Source: Faecalibaculum rodentium (lineage in GTDB: Bacteria > Bacillota_I > Bacilli_A > Erysipelotrichales > Erysipelotrichaceae). From it: DNA of 32,000 nucleotides. How positions within the stretch are numbered: position 1 is the first letter of the stretch; each line of letters opens with the position of its first letter. The DNA lies in contig NZ_CP011391.1 in NCBI RefSeq assembly GCF_001564455.1, positions 2,220,001 to 2,252,000 of the forward strand, written 5' to 3'. A program made the translations under genes and the position numbers. The notes beneath the pieces are model-generated. The model was given only the letters and a program-made list of their open reading frames with translations, was not told the origin of the DNA and ran no database searches. Shown here one piece after another: positions 1-9,000 of this stretch.

Positions 1-436
1 GGATGCCCCTGGCCTGGCGGAATGTGTTGTACTGCATGGAACAGATGAGATTGACTGCCACCTGTGAAATCTGGAAGGGGGCAGAATCCGGAATGAAGCC
101 CAAAAGCAGCACTACGAGTATTTCTATTCCTATTAACAGCGTATCCCACCGGAGCATGTAACGGCGACGGATTGGCCCGGGAAGGAGTTCACTGAGCATG
201 GATCCAAGCAGATAGGCGCTCATGGGAATCAGATAGTAGAGGGCACCGAGCCATTCTCCCTGTCCGAGTTTCATGGAAAAGAGGACAAAGTTGGCAGTCT
301 GCGCGTTGCAGAAGACACCGCCACGGCAGGAGTAGGTGTAGGCGCCATAAAATCCTCCCACAAACATGAGCAGGAGGAAAATGTGGCGTTTCTCACATTC
401 CAGGTAGATTTCACGATTGGTTTCTGATGCTTTCAT
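1..436 (-). CDS. YoaK/DUF1275-family integral membrane protein, 5' part (gene runs off window start)
   Basis: Absent from the ORF track because it is open at the edge. Reverse translation from ATG 436-434 gives MKASETNREIYLECEKRHIFLLLMFVGGFYGAYTYSCRGGVFCNAQTANFVLFS...NLICSMQYNTFRQARGI. This matches the GGxxxAxTYxxRGGVFxNAQTxNxVL signature of DUF1275. Confidence 0.6.
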   Translation of the reverse strand, partial: MKASETNREIYLECEKRHIFLLLMFVGGFYGAYTYSCRGGVFCNAQTANFVLFSMKLGQGEWLGALYYLIPMSAYLLGSMLSELLPGPIRRRYMLRWDTLLIGIEILVVLLLGFIPDSAPFQISQVAVNLICSMQYNTFRQARGI

Positions 437-492
437 GGGTTCAGTATAGTCCGGCAGGAAGGTGGAGATATGAGGAAAACGGTTTCAGGATT

Positions 493-520
493 GAAAAGGG
501 AGAGGAACGGGTCCTCTCCG
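493..520. repeat. 28-bp direct repeat, copy 1 (contains hairpin GGAGAGGA-ACGGG-TCCTCTCC)
   Basis: GAAAAGGGAGAGGAACGGGTCCTCTCCG here versus GAAAAAGGAGAGGAACGGGTCCTCTCCG at 1170-1197 (27/28 identical, same orientation). Confidence 0.85.
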
Positions 521-609
521 GGAATGCCTATATCTATTGCATTCTGCGCAATTGGAAGAAGACTGTTAGGATGACTCTACGCCTTTCCAGTCCCCTTCAT
601 GAAGCGCGA

Positions 610-1132
610 CTATTGTTTTTTTGCCTTTTCCAGCTGCTCTTCGAGTATTTTGATGTATTGGTCCTTTGCGGCGAGCTGTCGTTTCTGGTCCGCAAGCTGC
701 CGCTTCTGATCCGCGAGCTGAGTCTGGTATTCCTTTACCTGCCGGCGTTCTTTCTTTCCTAGTGTATAGAAATGGGTGTCATAGTAATCCTGCGTTGCGG
801 TTTCAATCATTCTTGTCATTTTCACACCTTCTGTCTCCATGAATCTGATTGCTTTCTTTCTGTCGGAATCAAACAGCCGGCCAAGCGCCAGAACTGTTTT
901 ATCCCTTGAATTTTCCCATTGTTCGTTGAGAAATACAATTCGGCTATCCACCATCCCCTCAAAAGCTTCCATGACATGACGGATATATGTATCCTTTTCT
1001 CCTGTGTATTCCAAATGGAAATTCTCCTGTGTATTCCAAATGGAAACTTTTCTTCAAGACACCCAGACTGGAAGAAAACGGCAGGATCCACAGTGACTTA
1101 ACGAGCTTCTGTCCCCTGTAGTTCTTATCCAT
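610..1132 (-). pseudogene. 5'-truncated, frameshifted Rpn/YhgA-like (PD-(D/E)XK transposase-like) paralog remnant
   Basis: Two overlapping minus ORFs (959..1264 frame from MDKNYRGQKLVKSLWILPF..FHLEYTGE, and 610..1014 starting (F)HLEYTGEKDTYIRHVMEAFEG...). They are joined exactly at a 25-bp tandem duplication. KLVKSLWILP resembles QLLSIWFFP of the intact Rpn-like gene at 29537. The C-terminus is a QLADQKR coiled repeat. The N-terminal nuclease half is absent. Confidence 0.5.
997..1046. repeat. perfect 25-bp tandem duplication (2 x TTCTCCTGTGTATTCCAAATGGAAA)
   Basis: Read directly: 997-1021 equals 1022-1046. The length is not a multiple of 3, so it frameshifts the Rpn-like remnant. Confidence 0.95.
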
Positions 1133-1169
1133 GCCAAATCCAAGGCAGGATTGATTTGACGCTTCCAAA

Positions 1170-1197
1170 GAAAAAGGAGAGGAACGGGTCCTCTCCG
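1170..1197 (-). terminator. 28-bp direct repeat copy 2; rho-independent terminator on minus strand
   Basis: On the minus strand the hairpin GGAGAGGA-CCCGT-TCCTCTCC is followed by TTTTTTCTTT. Confidence 0.6.
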
Positions 1198-1554
1198 ATA
1201 GTATGTATGGCGATGATGAGAAAGGTGTATGCACCTTCTTAAGAAATGGAACATCACTTTCCAAAGCGATTTAGGATTTCCGCCCATTTCCGGGTTATGA
1301 GTTTGACTGCAGGTCCCCGAAAAATATACGGCATAGTTCGGAATCTTCAACCCGTTGTTTTGTCGTACAGTCATGGCGCCGTGAAAGTCTGATTTTTCTG
1401 AAACGGATAATTATATTTCCATCATCTAATGCAAGCAAGTACTGGTTCATAGCGGATATTACTGGGTTCCCAAAAAAATAACTTATATTTGTAATAATTT
1501 ACTATTTTTATTCAACTACCAAAATATTATGTCTTTCACACTATCCACTTTCAA

Positions 1555-1974
1555 TCAATTATTATTTTTTTTGGTCGGTAACGGTGGATTTCCACATTTA
1601 CAAGCTAGTCGTTTTCGTTTGATCCCAATCGTTCTACGATGTGGCATCCTAATAATTCGACCATTACTTTTAATCAAGAAATTATATTCGGGATGATCAA
1701 CAATCTTTATCAGTAACTCGTCTGCTTCATTGTCTTCGAGAATTTTCTTTGCTAATCTTGTCAGGAGTACTTTATTATAATTAGGTAATCCTAGTCTTCC
1801 CTTTCTAACTCCATGCCCAGGTTGTTGCCTCAATGATTGCTTTCGAACCTTTGATAGCCGGCTATAAGCTCGTAATAAATCAACGTAGTATTCAGATGTC
1901 GTTTCGATTATCTTAAATCTTGATTTTTCATTTATATCATGCAAAACACTCACAACCTCTCTACATATTCTCAC
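1555..1974 (-). CDS. hypothetical small basic protein (up to 139 aa; start uncertain, GTG/TTG)
   Basis: ORF in the most AT-rich part of the window, 2 nt downstream of the preceding gene's stop. The C-terminus is Arg/Lys-rich (RMPHRRTIGIKRKRLACKCG). No family recognised. Confidence 0.5.
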   Translation of the reverse strand: MRICREVVSVLHDINEKSRFKIIETTSEYYVDLLRAYSRLSKVRKQSLRQQPGHGVRKGRLGLPNYNKVLLTRLAKKILEDNEADELLIKIVDHPEYNFLIKSNGRIIRMPHRRTIGIKRKRLACKCGNPPLPTKKNNN

Positions 1975-1976
1975 CT

Positions 1977-2699
1977 TTATTTTTTTCGGGATATTTTATT
2001 AGGTGCATCTTTTTGAATAACAAAGTAATCGGTTTCTTTGGGATCCACTATCATATAATTAAAAGTTGTAGAGTTATACGGGTTTTTAAGCTCATTTTCT
2101 ATCTTTTTATATTTGACCCAATTCCCTTTTTTGATCGGTTTACACCCCTTTACAATAATGGAGACTTGAGCACAAGGCGTCTTATCATCATAAGGACCCA
2201 ACCAACCATAAAACAATAAATCCGGCTTTCTTTTTAATACAAAATAAACATTAGTCGCTTTACGTTTATCTATAATAGTTTGGATTATTCCACTAGATGA
2301 ATAGCCAAAAAAAGATCTTTGTAATCTTGATATCAATTCAGTTTTTTCAAATAGAGTTCCAAGTATAAAACCCGCAAGCCCCGCAAATAGTATATAGAAA
2401 GATATTTTCCACATAATCCCCGTAGGGCTAGAGTCACGTATCCCTTCAAATAAACAGATATTCGAAATAATCCAATTACAGATAATTTGAGTTAATACGC
2501 TAAATGTAAGAACGTCAATCGTATTGAGCTTTTGGTTTTCTGCTCCATTCCGTATTGATATAAGTTTAAGAAAAAAAGCACCAGGAAGATAAAACGAAAG
2601 TAGCGATACGGCTATTTTAAATAAATTTTCAAATGAGAATAATTTCAGTGTCATATCGTAATCTAATGATGGTTTTGACAGGTGAATGATTTTAACCAA
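1977..2699 (-). CDS. hypothetical membrane protein: N-terminal TM helices plus about 110-aa Lys-rich C-terminal domain (240 aa)
   Basis: TTG start preceded by TAAGGAAGGGA. Hydrophobic stretches are IAVSLLSFYLPGAFFLKLI, VLTFSVLTQIICNWIISNICLF and ISFYILFAGLAGFILGTLF. No family recognised with confidence. Confidence 0.6.
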   Translation of the reverse strand: MVKIIHLSKPSLDYDMTLKLFSFENLFKIAVSLLSFYLPGAFFLKLISIRNGAENQKLNTIDVLTFSVLTQIICNWIISNICLFEGIRDSSPTGIMWKISFYILFAGLAGFILGTLFEKTELISRLQRSFFGYSSSGIIQTIIDKRKATNVYFVLKRKPDLLFYGWLGPYDDKTPCAQVSIIVKGCKPIKKGNWVKYKKIENELKNPYNSTTFNYMIVDPKETDYFVIQKDAPNKISRKK

Positions 2700-2710
2700 A
2701 TCCCTTCCTT

Positions 2711-2742
2711 AAATTCAAAAATGGGAGAGTATACTCCCATTT
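2711..2742 (-). terminator. rho-independent terminator closing the pilus operon (bidirectional-looking)
   Basis: ATGGGAG-AGTATA-CTCCCAT stem-loop (2721-2740). On the minus strand it is followed by TTTTGAATTT. It lies 11 nt after the base-pilin stop. Confidence 0.7.
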
Positions 2743-2752
2743 ATATATTTAA

Positions 2753-3400
2753 TTAGTTTCTGGCTTTCGACCGTTTATCGGCTCCAAGCAGGATGAACAG
2801 AGCTGCACCGCCAATCAGAATCCAGAGTCCAGGCTGGGCATAGACAGATGTCTTTGTCTTCTGAGCCTTTTTCGGATCCCGGGCTGTAGTTGGCTGTGCC
2901 GGGGATTTAGGCGCCTTATATTCAATAAGGAACGCTGTATCCATCTTGCCCTTGTCGCTCGAGGCGTCCGACTGTGAGCGATAGGCAGTGATCACACTGC
3001 TTAAACCGCCCTTGTCATCATTGACCACCGTAACGCGGACAATCAGCTTTTCATCCAGTCCGGAGTTGTTCTCTCCCTTGTTCAGACCGGCTGACAGCTG
3101 GTAATAGTAGTTTCCAGACGCTGAGAAGGAAACAGGTCCAAGACTTGCCTTTCCTGCTCCGTCAATGGAAACTTCAGCTGTTGCGGGTGCCGGAGCACCA
3201 TCAAGAGGTTCCAGCTTGAAACTGGTCGTAAGGTGGACAGTATCGGCCGGTTTGTCCGAATCTTTCGTAAATTCCGTTGTGACTGGAATTTGTACGTCAA
3301 CTGTAGGTTCCTGTGCCATTACAGCAGAAGGAGCGAATGCCAGAAGAGAAAGTGCACCGGCAAAGCCGATTCGCATCAGTTTTTTGAGAATGCCTTTCAT
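2753..3400 (-). CDS. minor/base pilin-like surface protein (FctB-like position), 215 aa
   Basis: Signal peptide MKGILKKLMRIGFAGALSLLAFAPSAVMA. Pilin-type Ig-like core (SFSASGNYYYQLSAG...GLDEKLIVRVTVVNDDKGGLSSV). Pro/Lys-rich tail KAPKSPAQPTTARDPKKAQK, then a hydrophobic anchor plus KRSKARN. Confidence 0.7.
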   Translation of the reverse strand: MKGILKKLMRIGFAGALSLLAFAPSAVMAQEPTVDVQIPVTTEFTKDSDKPADTVHLTTSFKLEPLDGAPAPATAEVSIDGAGKASLGPVSFSASGNYYYQLSAGLNKGENNSGLDEKLIVRVTVVNDDKGGLSSVITAYRSQSDASSDKGKMDTAFLIEYKAPKSPAQPTTARDPKKAQKTKTSVYAQPGLWILIGGAALFILLGADKRSKARN

Positions 3401-4140
3401 CAGCTGTCTTTCACCTCCCGTTTGTTTTCAAGTTTGCCAAAGACGATCACTCGCCCATTGGTTTCTGTGTCATAACATGTGGACAATGCGATCACCTGAG
3501 AATCAGAAGGAACTGACCGATAGTATAGTGCCTTCTGTTCCAAGTAGGAAATCACACCTGAAGCCGAACCTATATAAGAGGAAGCATTGTAGACCACCGG
3601 ATCTCCCGCATCTGTCTTCAGTACAGCAAACAGGGAAATATCCCACGTGTTTTTGTCATTGTACAGTGTTCCCGTCTTGTGAGACTCGAAATACTTTTTG
3701 TCCAGGAACTTCGTTACATCCCCGTACATACCGCCATTTTCCATATGGTGACCATACGTCAAATTGTAGGCATCCGAGAAGTCACGATTGTTCAGACACG
3801 AAAGGAAGACAGATCCGGACAGGGCAAACTCTCCCAGAGCATCCTTGTTCACATACTCCATATCATCCTTGCCCTGCGTGACAGGCTGATCGATATGGGT
3901 ATCGTCAACAGTTATCCACCCGATCACATCCGGATTGATCTTCATCAGTTCAGCCAGAGAATACACATGACCTTCCGACGGCTTGAACTTCATCATCTCG
4001 GAACCGTACCCTGCCTGATTGATCAGCCAGTTATCGTACAGCGAATAGCCACCATACAGCATCATGCAAAGCACGAGCAGCATGGCAACAAACGTAACGA
4101 ACCGGTCACCAAGACGGGCAATCCTAGCCGCATTAGACAT
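3400..4140 (-). CDS. class B sortase (pilus polymerase type)
   Basis: N-terminal TM. Motifs LMKINPDVIGWITVDDTHIDQPVTQGKDD, LTYGHHMENGGMYGD (His), VIALSTCYD (Cys) and GRVIVFG (Arg) are typical SrtB boxes. Confidence 0.9.
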   Translation of the reverse strand: MSNAARIARLGDRFVTFVAMLLVLCMMLYGGYSLYDNWLINQAGYGSEMMKFKPSEGHVYSLAELMKINPDVIGWITVDDTHIDQPVTQGKDDMEYVNKDALGEFALSGSVFLSCLNNRDFSDAYNLTYGHHMENGGMYGDVTKFLDKKYFESHKTGTLYNDKNTWDISLFAVLKTDAGDPVVYNASSYIGSASGVISYLEQKALYYRSVPSDSQVIALSTCYDTETNGRVIVFGKLENKREVKDS

Positions 4141-4171
4141 CAGTAATTCTCCACACTGTCAAACGGCAGGA

Positions 4172-5191
4172 TTAGTCTTCTCTCTTGTGACGGAAGAACA
4201 GACCAGCGAAGATGCCACCCAGGGCTACCAGTCCGGCATACGGAGCAGCAGTCATCAGGATACCTGTAGGAATTTCTCCAGTTTTATCGTTGGTGACAGT
4301 TACAGTTTTGTTATCATTGCCCATAGCTGCAGAAGCGATAGTTGCTGTTGTGGTTCCATTTGCTTCAGTTTTTGTCACATCTCCACCAGTAGAAGTGACA
4401 TTATAGCCTTTCGTTGATGCAAAAGTTTCCTGGATTGCAGCAGCATCAGCAGCAGAGAGACCGGAAATTGTCATTGTCTGGTTGTCTCCGAGGGTTGCGG
4501 TTACTGTAGCTGTCCCATTATCTGCATAGGCAGCTGTAGCTCCCTCAGAAACTACATATTTTTCACCAGCGGTAGAAGGTGTAACAGTAACTGTAAACGG
4601 GAAGGTATCATTTTTGTTTGCCTGGTTACCAGTGATGACTTTCTTAACTGTCAAAGTTTTCGTTGTATAAGTCTGTGCGAAAGAGATGTTTTCATCGCTC
4701 AGTTTTCTACCATTACCATTGTCTACAGTCAGGTACAGGCCATCATTGGTTTTAAAAACATGAGCATTGTAGCTTGTATCCACTTTTGGGAGACCATCAA
4801 TATCAGACGACTTCTGGCTGATTGTATAGCAATACTGTCCAACAGGCAGATTTTCAAACAATGATTTATTAATAGTAATAGCTGCAGTCTTTGTAGTTGT
4901 CTGTGTATCTGTATCTGCGGGAGTAAAAGTAACATCAGCTACGCTAAGTCCACCCCTAGGACCTGCAGCAATCGTATCTGCCCCATAAAAAGGAGTTTCG
5001 CTAGCACCGGGTGTACGGGGATCAGCGTTAAAAGAAATGGTACCAACAGGATCTTTGACGTTCTCTGTCTTCGTCACTGTAACCGTAACATTAGCAGTGT
5101 CAGTTGCCGCAAATACAGGAGCAACACCCATTGCACTCAGAGCCATAAATCCGGCAGCTGCAGCTGCGGTCAGTTTTCCATAATGTTTCAT
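4172..5191 (-). CDS. backbone pilin, Spy0128/FctA (T-antigen)-like, 339 aa
   Basis: Signal peptide. Thr/Val-rich beta-strand composition, FAQTYTTKTLTVKKVITG, and C-terminus VTVTNDKTGEIPTGILMTAAPYAGLVALGGIFAGLFFRHKRED (EVPTG-type sorting signal). Confidence 0.8.
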   Translation of the reverse strand: MKHYGKLTAAAAAGFMALSAMGVAPVFAATDTANVTVTVTKTENVKDPVGTISFNADPRTPGASETPFYGADTIAAGPRGGLSVADVTFTPADTDTQTTTKTAAITINKSLFENLPVGQYCYTISQKSSDIDGLPKVDTSYNAHVFKTNDGLYLTVDNGNGRKLSDENISFAQTYTTKTLTVKKVITGNQANKNDTFPFTVTVTPSTAGEKYVVSEGATAAYADNGTATVTATLGDNQTMTISGLSAADAAAIQETFASTKGYNVTSTGGDVTKTEANGTTTATIASAAMGNDNKTVTVTNDKTGEIPTGILMTAAPYAGLVALGGIFAGLFFRHKRED

Positions 5192-5231
5192 AATAGAATA
5201 TTTCCTTTCTTTATTCTGTTTTTCTATATAC

Positions 5232-5792
5232 TTACAGTCCTGATCTTCTCAGTACTGTCAGTACCTTGCCTATGATCTGGTTTCTTTGAACCGGTCCAAA
5301 CTGTCTGCTGTCTTTGGCGCCTTCTCTGTAGTCACTCAGAATGAAGTACTCATTCTCTCCCAGCGTGAGCGGATAGGTTACATCCGAGTCATACGCCGGG
5401 GTTGAGTAATAGATATTTCCTTCTGATACAACAGATCCGTTGACCATAAGCTGATCGTCTTCTGTGATTTCAACCGTATCTCCGGGTCTTGCGACTATAC
5501 GTCCAGTTCTTGTTTTCCCCCCACCTTCATAAACAACGACATCGTTGTTCCAAAGTTCGGAAGGATAACGGTATACAAGCTGCAGGTCTCTGGCCCGTAA
5601 CGTTGGCCGCATATCATCATTGGGTACCGGGATTATCCGGAAAATCACATAGAATAGAAGAATAACAAACAGGATCAGTCCAATCAGACGGACGATGAAG
5701 CTTCGGACATCACGTCTGTCCAGGGCTTTTCGTCTCTTCCGTTTAATAGATCGTTCAGGGCTGACGGAAACCTCTTCCTTGCGTTTCTTCAT
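5232..5792 (-). CDS. sipA: signal peptidase I homolog lacking the Ser/Lys dyad (SipA/LepA-like pilus assembly factor)
   Basis: N-terminal TM plus SPase boxes. Box B reads NDDMRPTL (Ser->Asp). Box D reads TGRIVARPGD (Lys->Gly). Box E reads SDYREGAKDSR. Confidence 0.8.
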   Translation of the reverse strand: MKKRKEEVSVSPERSIKRKRRKALDRRDVRSFIVRLIGLILFVILLFYVIFRIIPVPNDDMRPTLRARDLQLVYRYPSELWNNDVVVYEGGGKTRTGRIVARPGDTVEITEDDQLMVNGSVVSEGNIYYSTPAYDSDVTYPLTLGENEYFILSDYREGAKDSRQFGPVQRNQIIGKVLTVLRRSGL

Positions 5793-6001
5793 CCTCTTCT
5801 CAACCTGGCAATCATTGCATCGCGTTCGTCAATCAGAGCCTGATAGTATGCAGCCTGACTTTCATAAACAGACCGATACACTTGCTGAAGAGCTTCCATC
5901 TGCTTGAGGACATCGAGTTCATCGACACCCCCAAAAGTTTTCTTCTTAAATTTCATTCCATCTATAAAAGCGGCAATGTCATCCATATTTTTGGGCGGCA
6001 T
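5789..6001 (-). CDS. 70-aa protein with DivIVA N-terminal-like motif and coiled-coil tail
   Basis: Strong SD (AAGGAGG, 7 nt before the ATG). MKFKKKTFGGVDELDVLKQMEAL resembles the F-x3-F-(R/G)-G-Y-D-x2-E-V-x2-F-L DivIVA motif. The stop overlaps the sipA-like start in ATGA (5789-5792). Confidence 0.6.
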   Translation of the reverse strand: MPPKNMDDIAAFIDGMKFKKKTFGGVDELDVLKQMEALQQVYRSVYESQAAYYQALIDERDAMIARLRRG

Positions 6002-6032
6002 AACTAACCTCCTTTATAGCCACATAACTGAA

Positions 6033-9000
6033 TTACCGATACATTTGTCTACGTCGGAGAATCAAAACATAAGTGATACCTAACCCAATACCCGCGATGA
6101 TCAGAGCCAGATATGGAATCATGCTTCCTTCATTAATTCCAGTAGGTACAGTGCCCTCTTTAGTATTAATGAACTCGATTTCTGTATCGCTTTTAACTGT
6201 GTATCCAGTAAGACTTGATACATTTTGGGTTGTAGTCGATCCTCCTAAAGGAGTTATCTTGATTTGCGTTGTATAACCTTCAACAGCTGTTTCACTCAAG
6301 TCAAGGACATCGTCTTCATAAAATTTGAGTTCCCTTTGGTTACCACTTTTCAAAGTGAAGGATTGAAGCTTATCAATATCACCATTTACAGTGAAACCAA
6401 AGTCATAGAAACGATCGCCAAAGCTGCCATTTACAGTTTTCTTTACGGTTACCGTATAGAATCTTCTGTACTGAGCATACAGATTATTAGGACCATCTTT
6501 GCTGACTGCATAATCTGTAATACCAGGCGCAAAACTTTTGCCACTACCATCTGCCATTGTGTTCCAGCCAGTGAATTCATATCCTTCACGGATCCAATCT
6601 TCTGGGAAATCACTGATTGGTTTTTGCTCATTGCCAGAAATGCTCGTGTTTACAGCAATATCCCCCACAGTGAATGAAGAATTACCAGTTCCTGCTACAT
6701 TCTTGTGATAGGTGAGAGTCGTGGTCCCTGGTTCGGTTACTACCATCTGTACATGAATATCCTTATCGCCTCTCGCCATAGTTCCTGCATCAATGACAAA
6801 AGATTCTCCAGGCTTGTAAATATTGCCAACCTGTTGATCATTTTTATCAAGCAGCATCCAACCATGGAAGGATTTGTTATCAGGAACATGACCTGATTCT
6901 GGCTTTTTCAGCGATACAGCGCTGCTATCCGCAAACTTCTCTTCAGCAATATTCAGCGAATCCAATTTTTTTGCGTGCTCATGATCGTAGTAAACGACAT
7001 TGAACGAACCAGTAGCCTTCCATACAGCGGTCAGCTCCGTATCACTTGTAACCTTTCGAACGGGGTCCCAATACTCGGTAGCATTAGTGTTAAGAGTTTC
7101 TGTCAGAGCCCAACCTACAAAGGTATAACCCTCTCTTTGCGGTTTTGTGAAATAATCACCTGCAAGTTCATCACCATATTGTGCGCTAAATTCAACAGGT
7201 ATTTCTTCACTTAGGGATCCACCGTTCAAATTCAGTTTCACATTGAATTTTTTGCGATACCAGCCAGCATAAACTTCTAAGTTAGAAGAGGGCATCGTTT
7301 CATATTTTGTAACCTTTTCAATTCCCCAGTCTCGCTGGATGCTGGCAAGAGTACCCGCAGGTAATGTTCCGAAATCTACCAGAGTAGTACATTGTGGGTC
7401 TGCGAACCAACCTACAAATGCGTATTGATCAGCGTCTGCGGGATTATTAGGGTATTCAGGAACTTTGAGATCAGATATATGATCTTTTATAGAATTCTCA
7501 AACAAGATCTTTTTTGTATCATGGTCTAGGTTTCCGTTTTTGAAGTTCAAGGAATATGAATTACGTTTATATCTAATCCTCAAATCTCCTGATGGTATGT
7601 TTATAGTTGCCCCTTCTTCAGTTGCTACCCATGACCGAGAGCTCGGCTGCCAATAGCTATCCACTGTAAAACCGTTAATTACCTCTGAAAAAGTCCAAGA
7701 AGAATATCCAGTACTATTCATTGGTTGAGAGAAATCAGCTTCATCCCTGTAAGTTTTTCCATCTATGTTCTGCTTATAAACCTCGACTTTTCTTGATCCT
7801 TGGCTAGATTTTGTAAACTCTACAGTTGTACGTCCGTTACCACCAGGATCAATGAAATGGGTAATAAACGGATATCCTGTTCCTTCATTACTCCAGGGAC
7901 CAGTTGGACAGGTAAACCCATTTTGCTCCAGAGAAGTTCCGTATAAGCCCCTCAGTACTATATCTTCCGATATATACCTTTCATAGAACGAGCCTTGGTA
8001 CTTTTTCCAACTTCCAAGAATCATTCCTCCCTGCCAGTAATACCAACCGTTGTTGCGATAGGTTAGTTTCTCATACGTTCCATCTACTAACCCATATATT
8101 TCGCCACTAGAACTTGGAGCAGCTATCTGTCGAAACAGATACCCACCGTTGAAAATGTACGTAATGATTTCCCGATCATAATACACATTCACAACAGTAG
8201 ATCCATCACCATTAACTACTTTCTCTTCATCTTTATGAGAATAGATGGTATTCCCCTTTGAGTCTTTTAATGGGCGTTTATTTTGAATTCTATTATCATC
8301 AATACTAACTTTGGATCCGGTTACGGCTTTTAGTACTTCTGAGTCTGCATATTCATAATTCTTTGGATCAGTCTCCACCTTGTCAGTAATAGCCTGAAGC
8401 CAGTAAATAACTGTATAGTTTGTCTCTGCAGGTTCCCATTTTGCATAAACAGTTGCGGAAGCAGTCAAAGTCTTCTCAAAATCGAAAATCTTTGTGCAGG
8501 CTTCGTCTCCATACCAGCCACCAAATGTATAGCCGGTTCGATGTGGTTCTTCAGGTACTGTTGGTCGTTCATCAGGTTTGACCGTCTGTGGTTTTACATA
8601 AGATCCTTCACCAGTACTGAATGTAAGGGTGTAAGCCTGAGCAAATACAGGATAGAAATTTGTTTCTATACCAGTATAATTGCCATCCTGATCCAGCTTT
8701 ATAGGAGTCCCACTCTTTTCTATGGACCATCCCACGAATACTTCATTCTTCTCTGCAGGAGTAGCTTTGATTGCAGCAGCAGCAATTTTACCGTCTACAT
8801 ATCGAACATGTGCGAGAACTACTGTCCCATCCATATCATCATAGAAAACGCCATATTTTGCCTGAACGTACTTGGCAATAATAGGTTTGCTGATCCTAGT
8901 AGTCGTTTCAACTGCAGTTTCGAAATCCACTTTTTGTCCTGTCAGTACGGGTTTTCCGCTTTCATCATATTCACCGTAATACCAGTCTTCGAAAACATAG

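Noticed and set aside
1054-1374. ORFs 1054..1374 and 959..1264 upstream parts as independent genes
   Set aside because: They read straight through the terminator hairpin at 1170-1197 and have no SD. The region 1200-1380 may be a relic 3' end (frame ending ..CRIFFGDLQSNS) but cannot be supported.
1555-1974. HEPN-like Rx4-6H motif (RIIRMPH) in the 139-aa protein
   Set aside because: A single short pattern match in a basic region, with no supporting helical-domain context. It is too weak to call.
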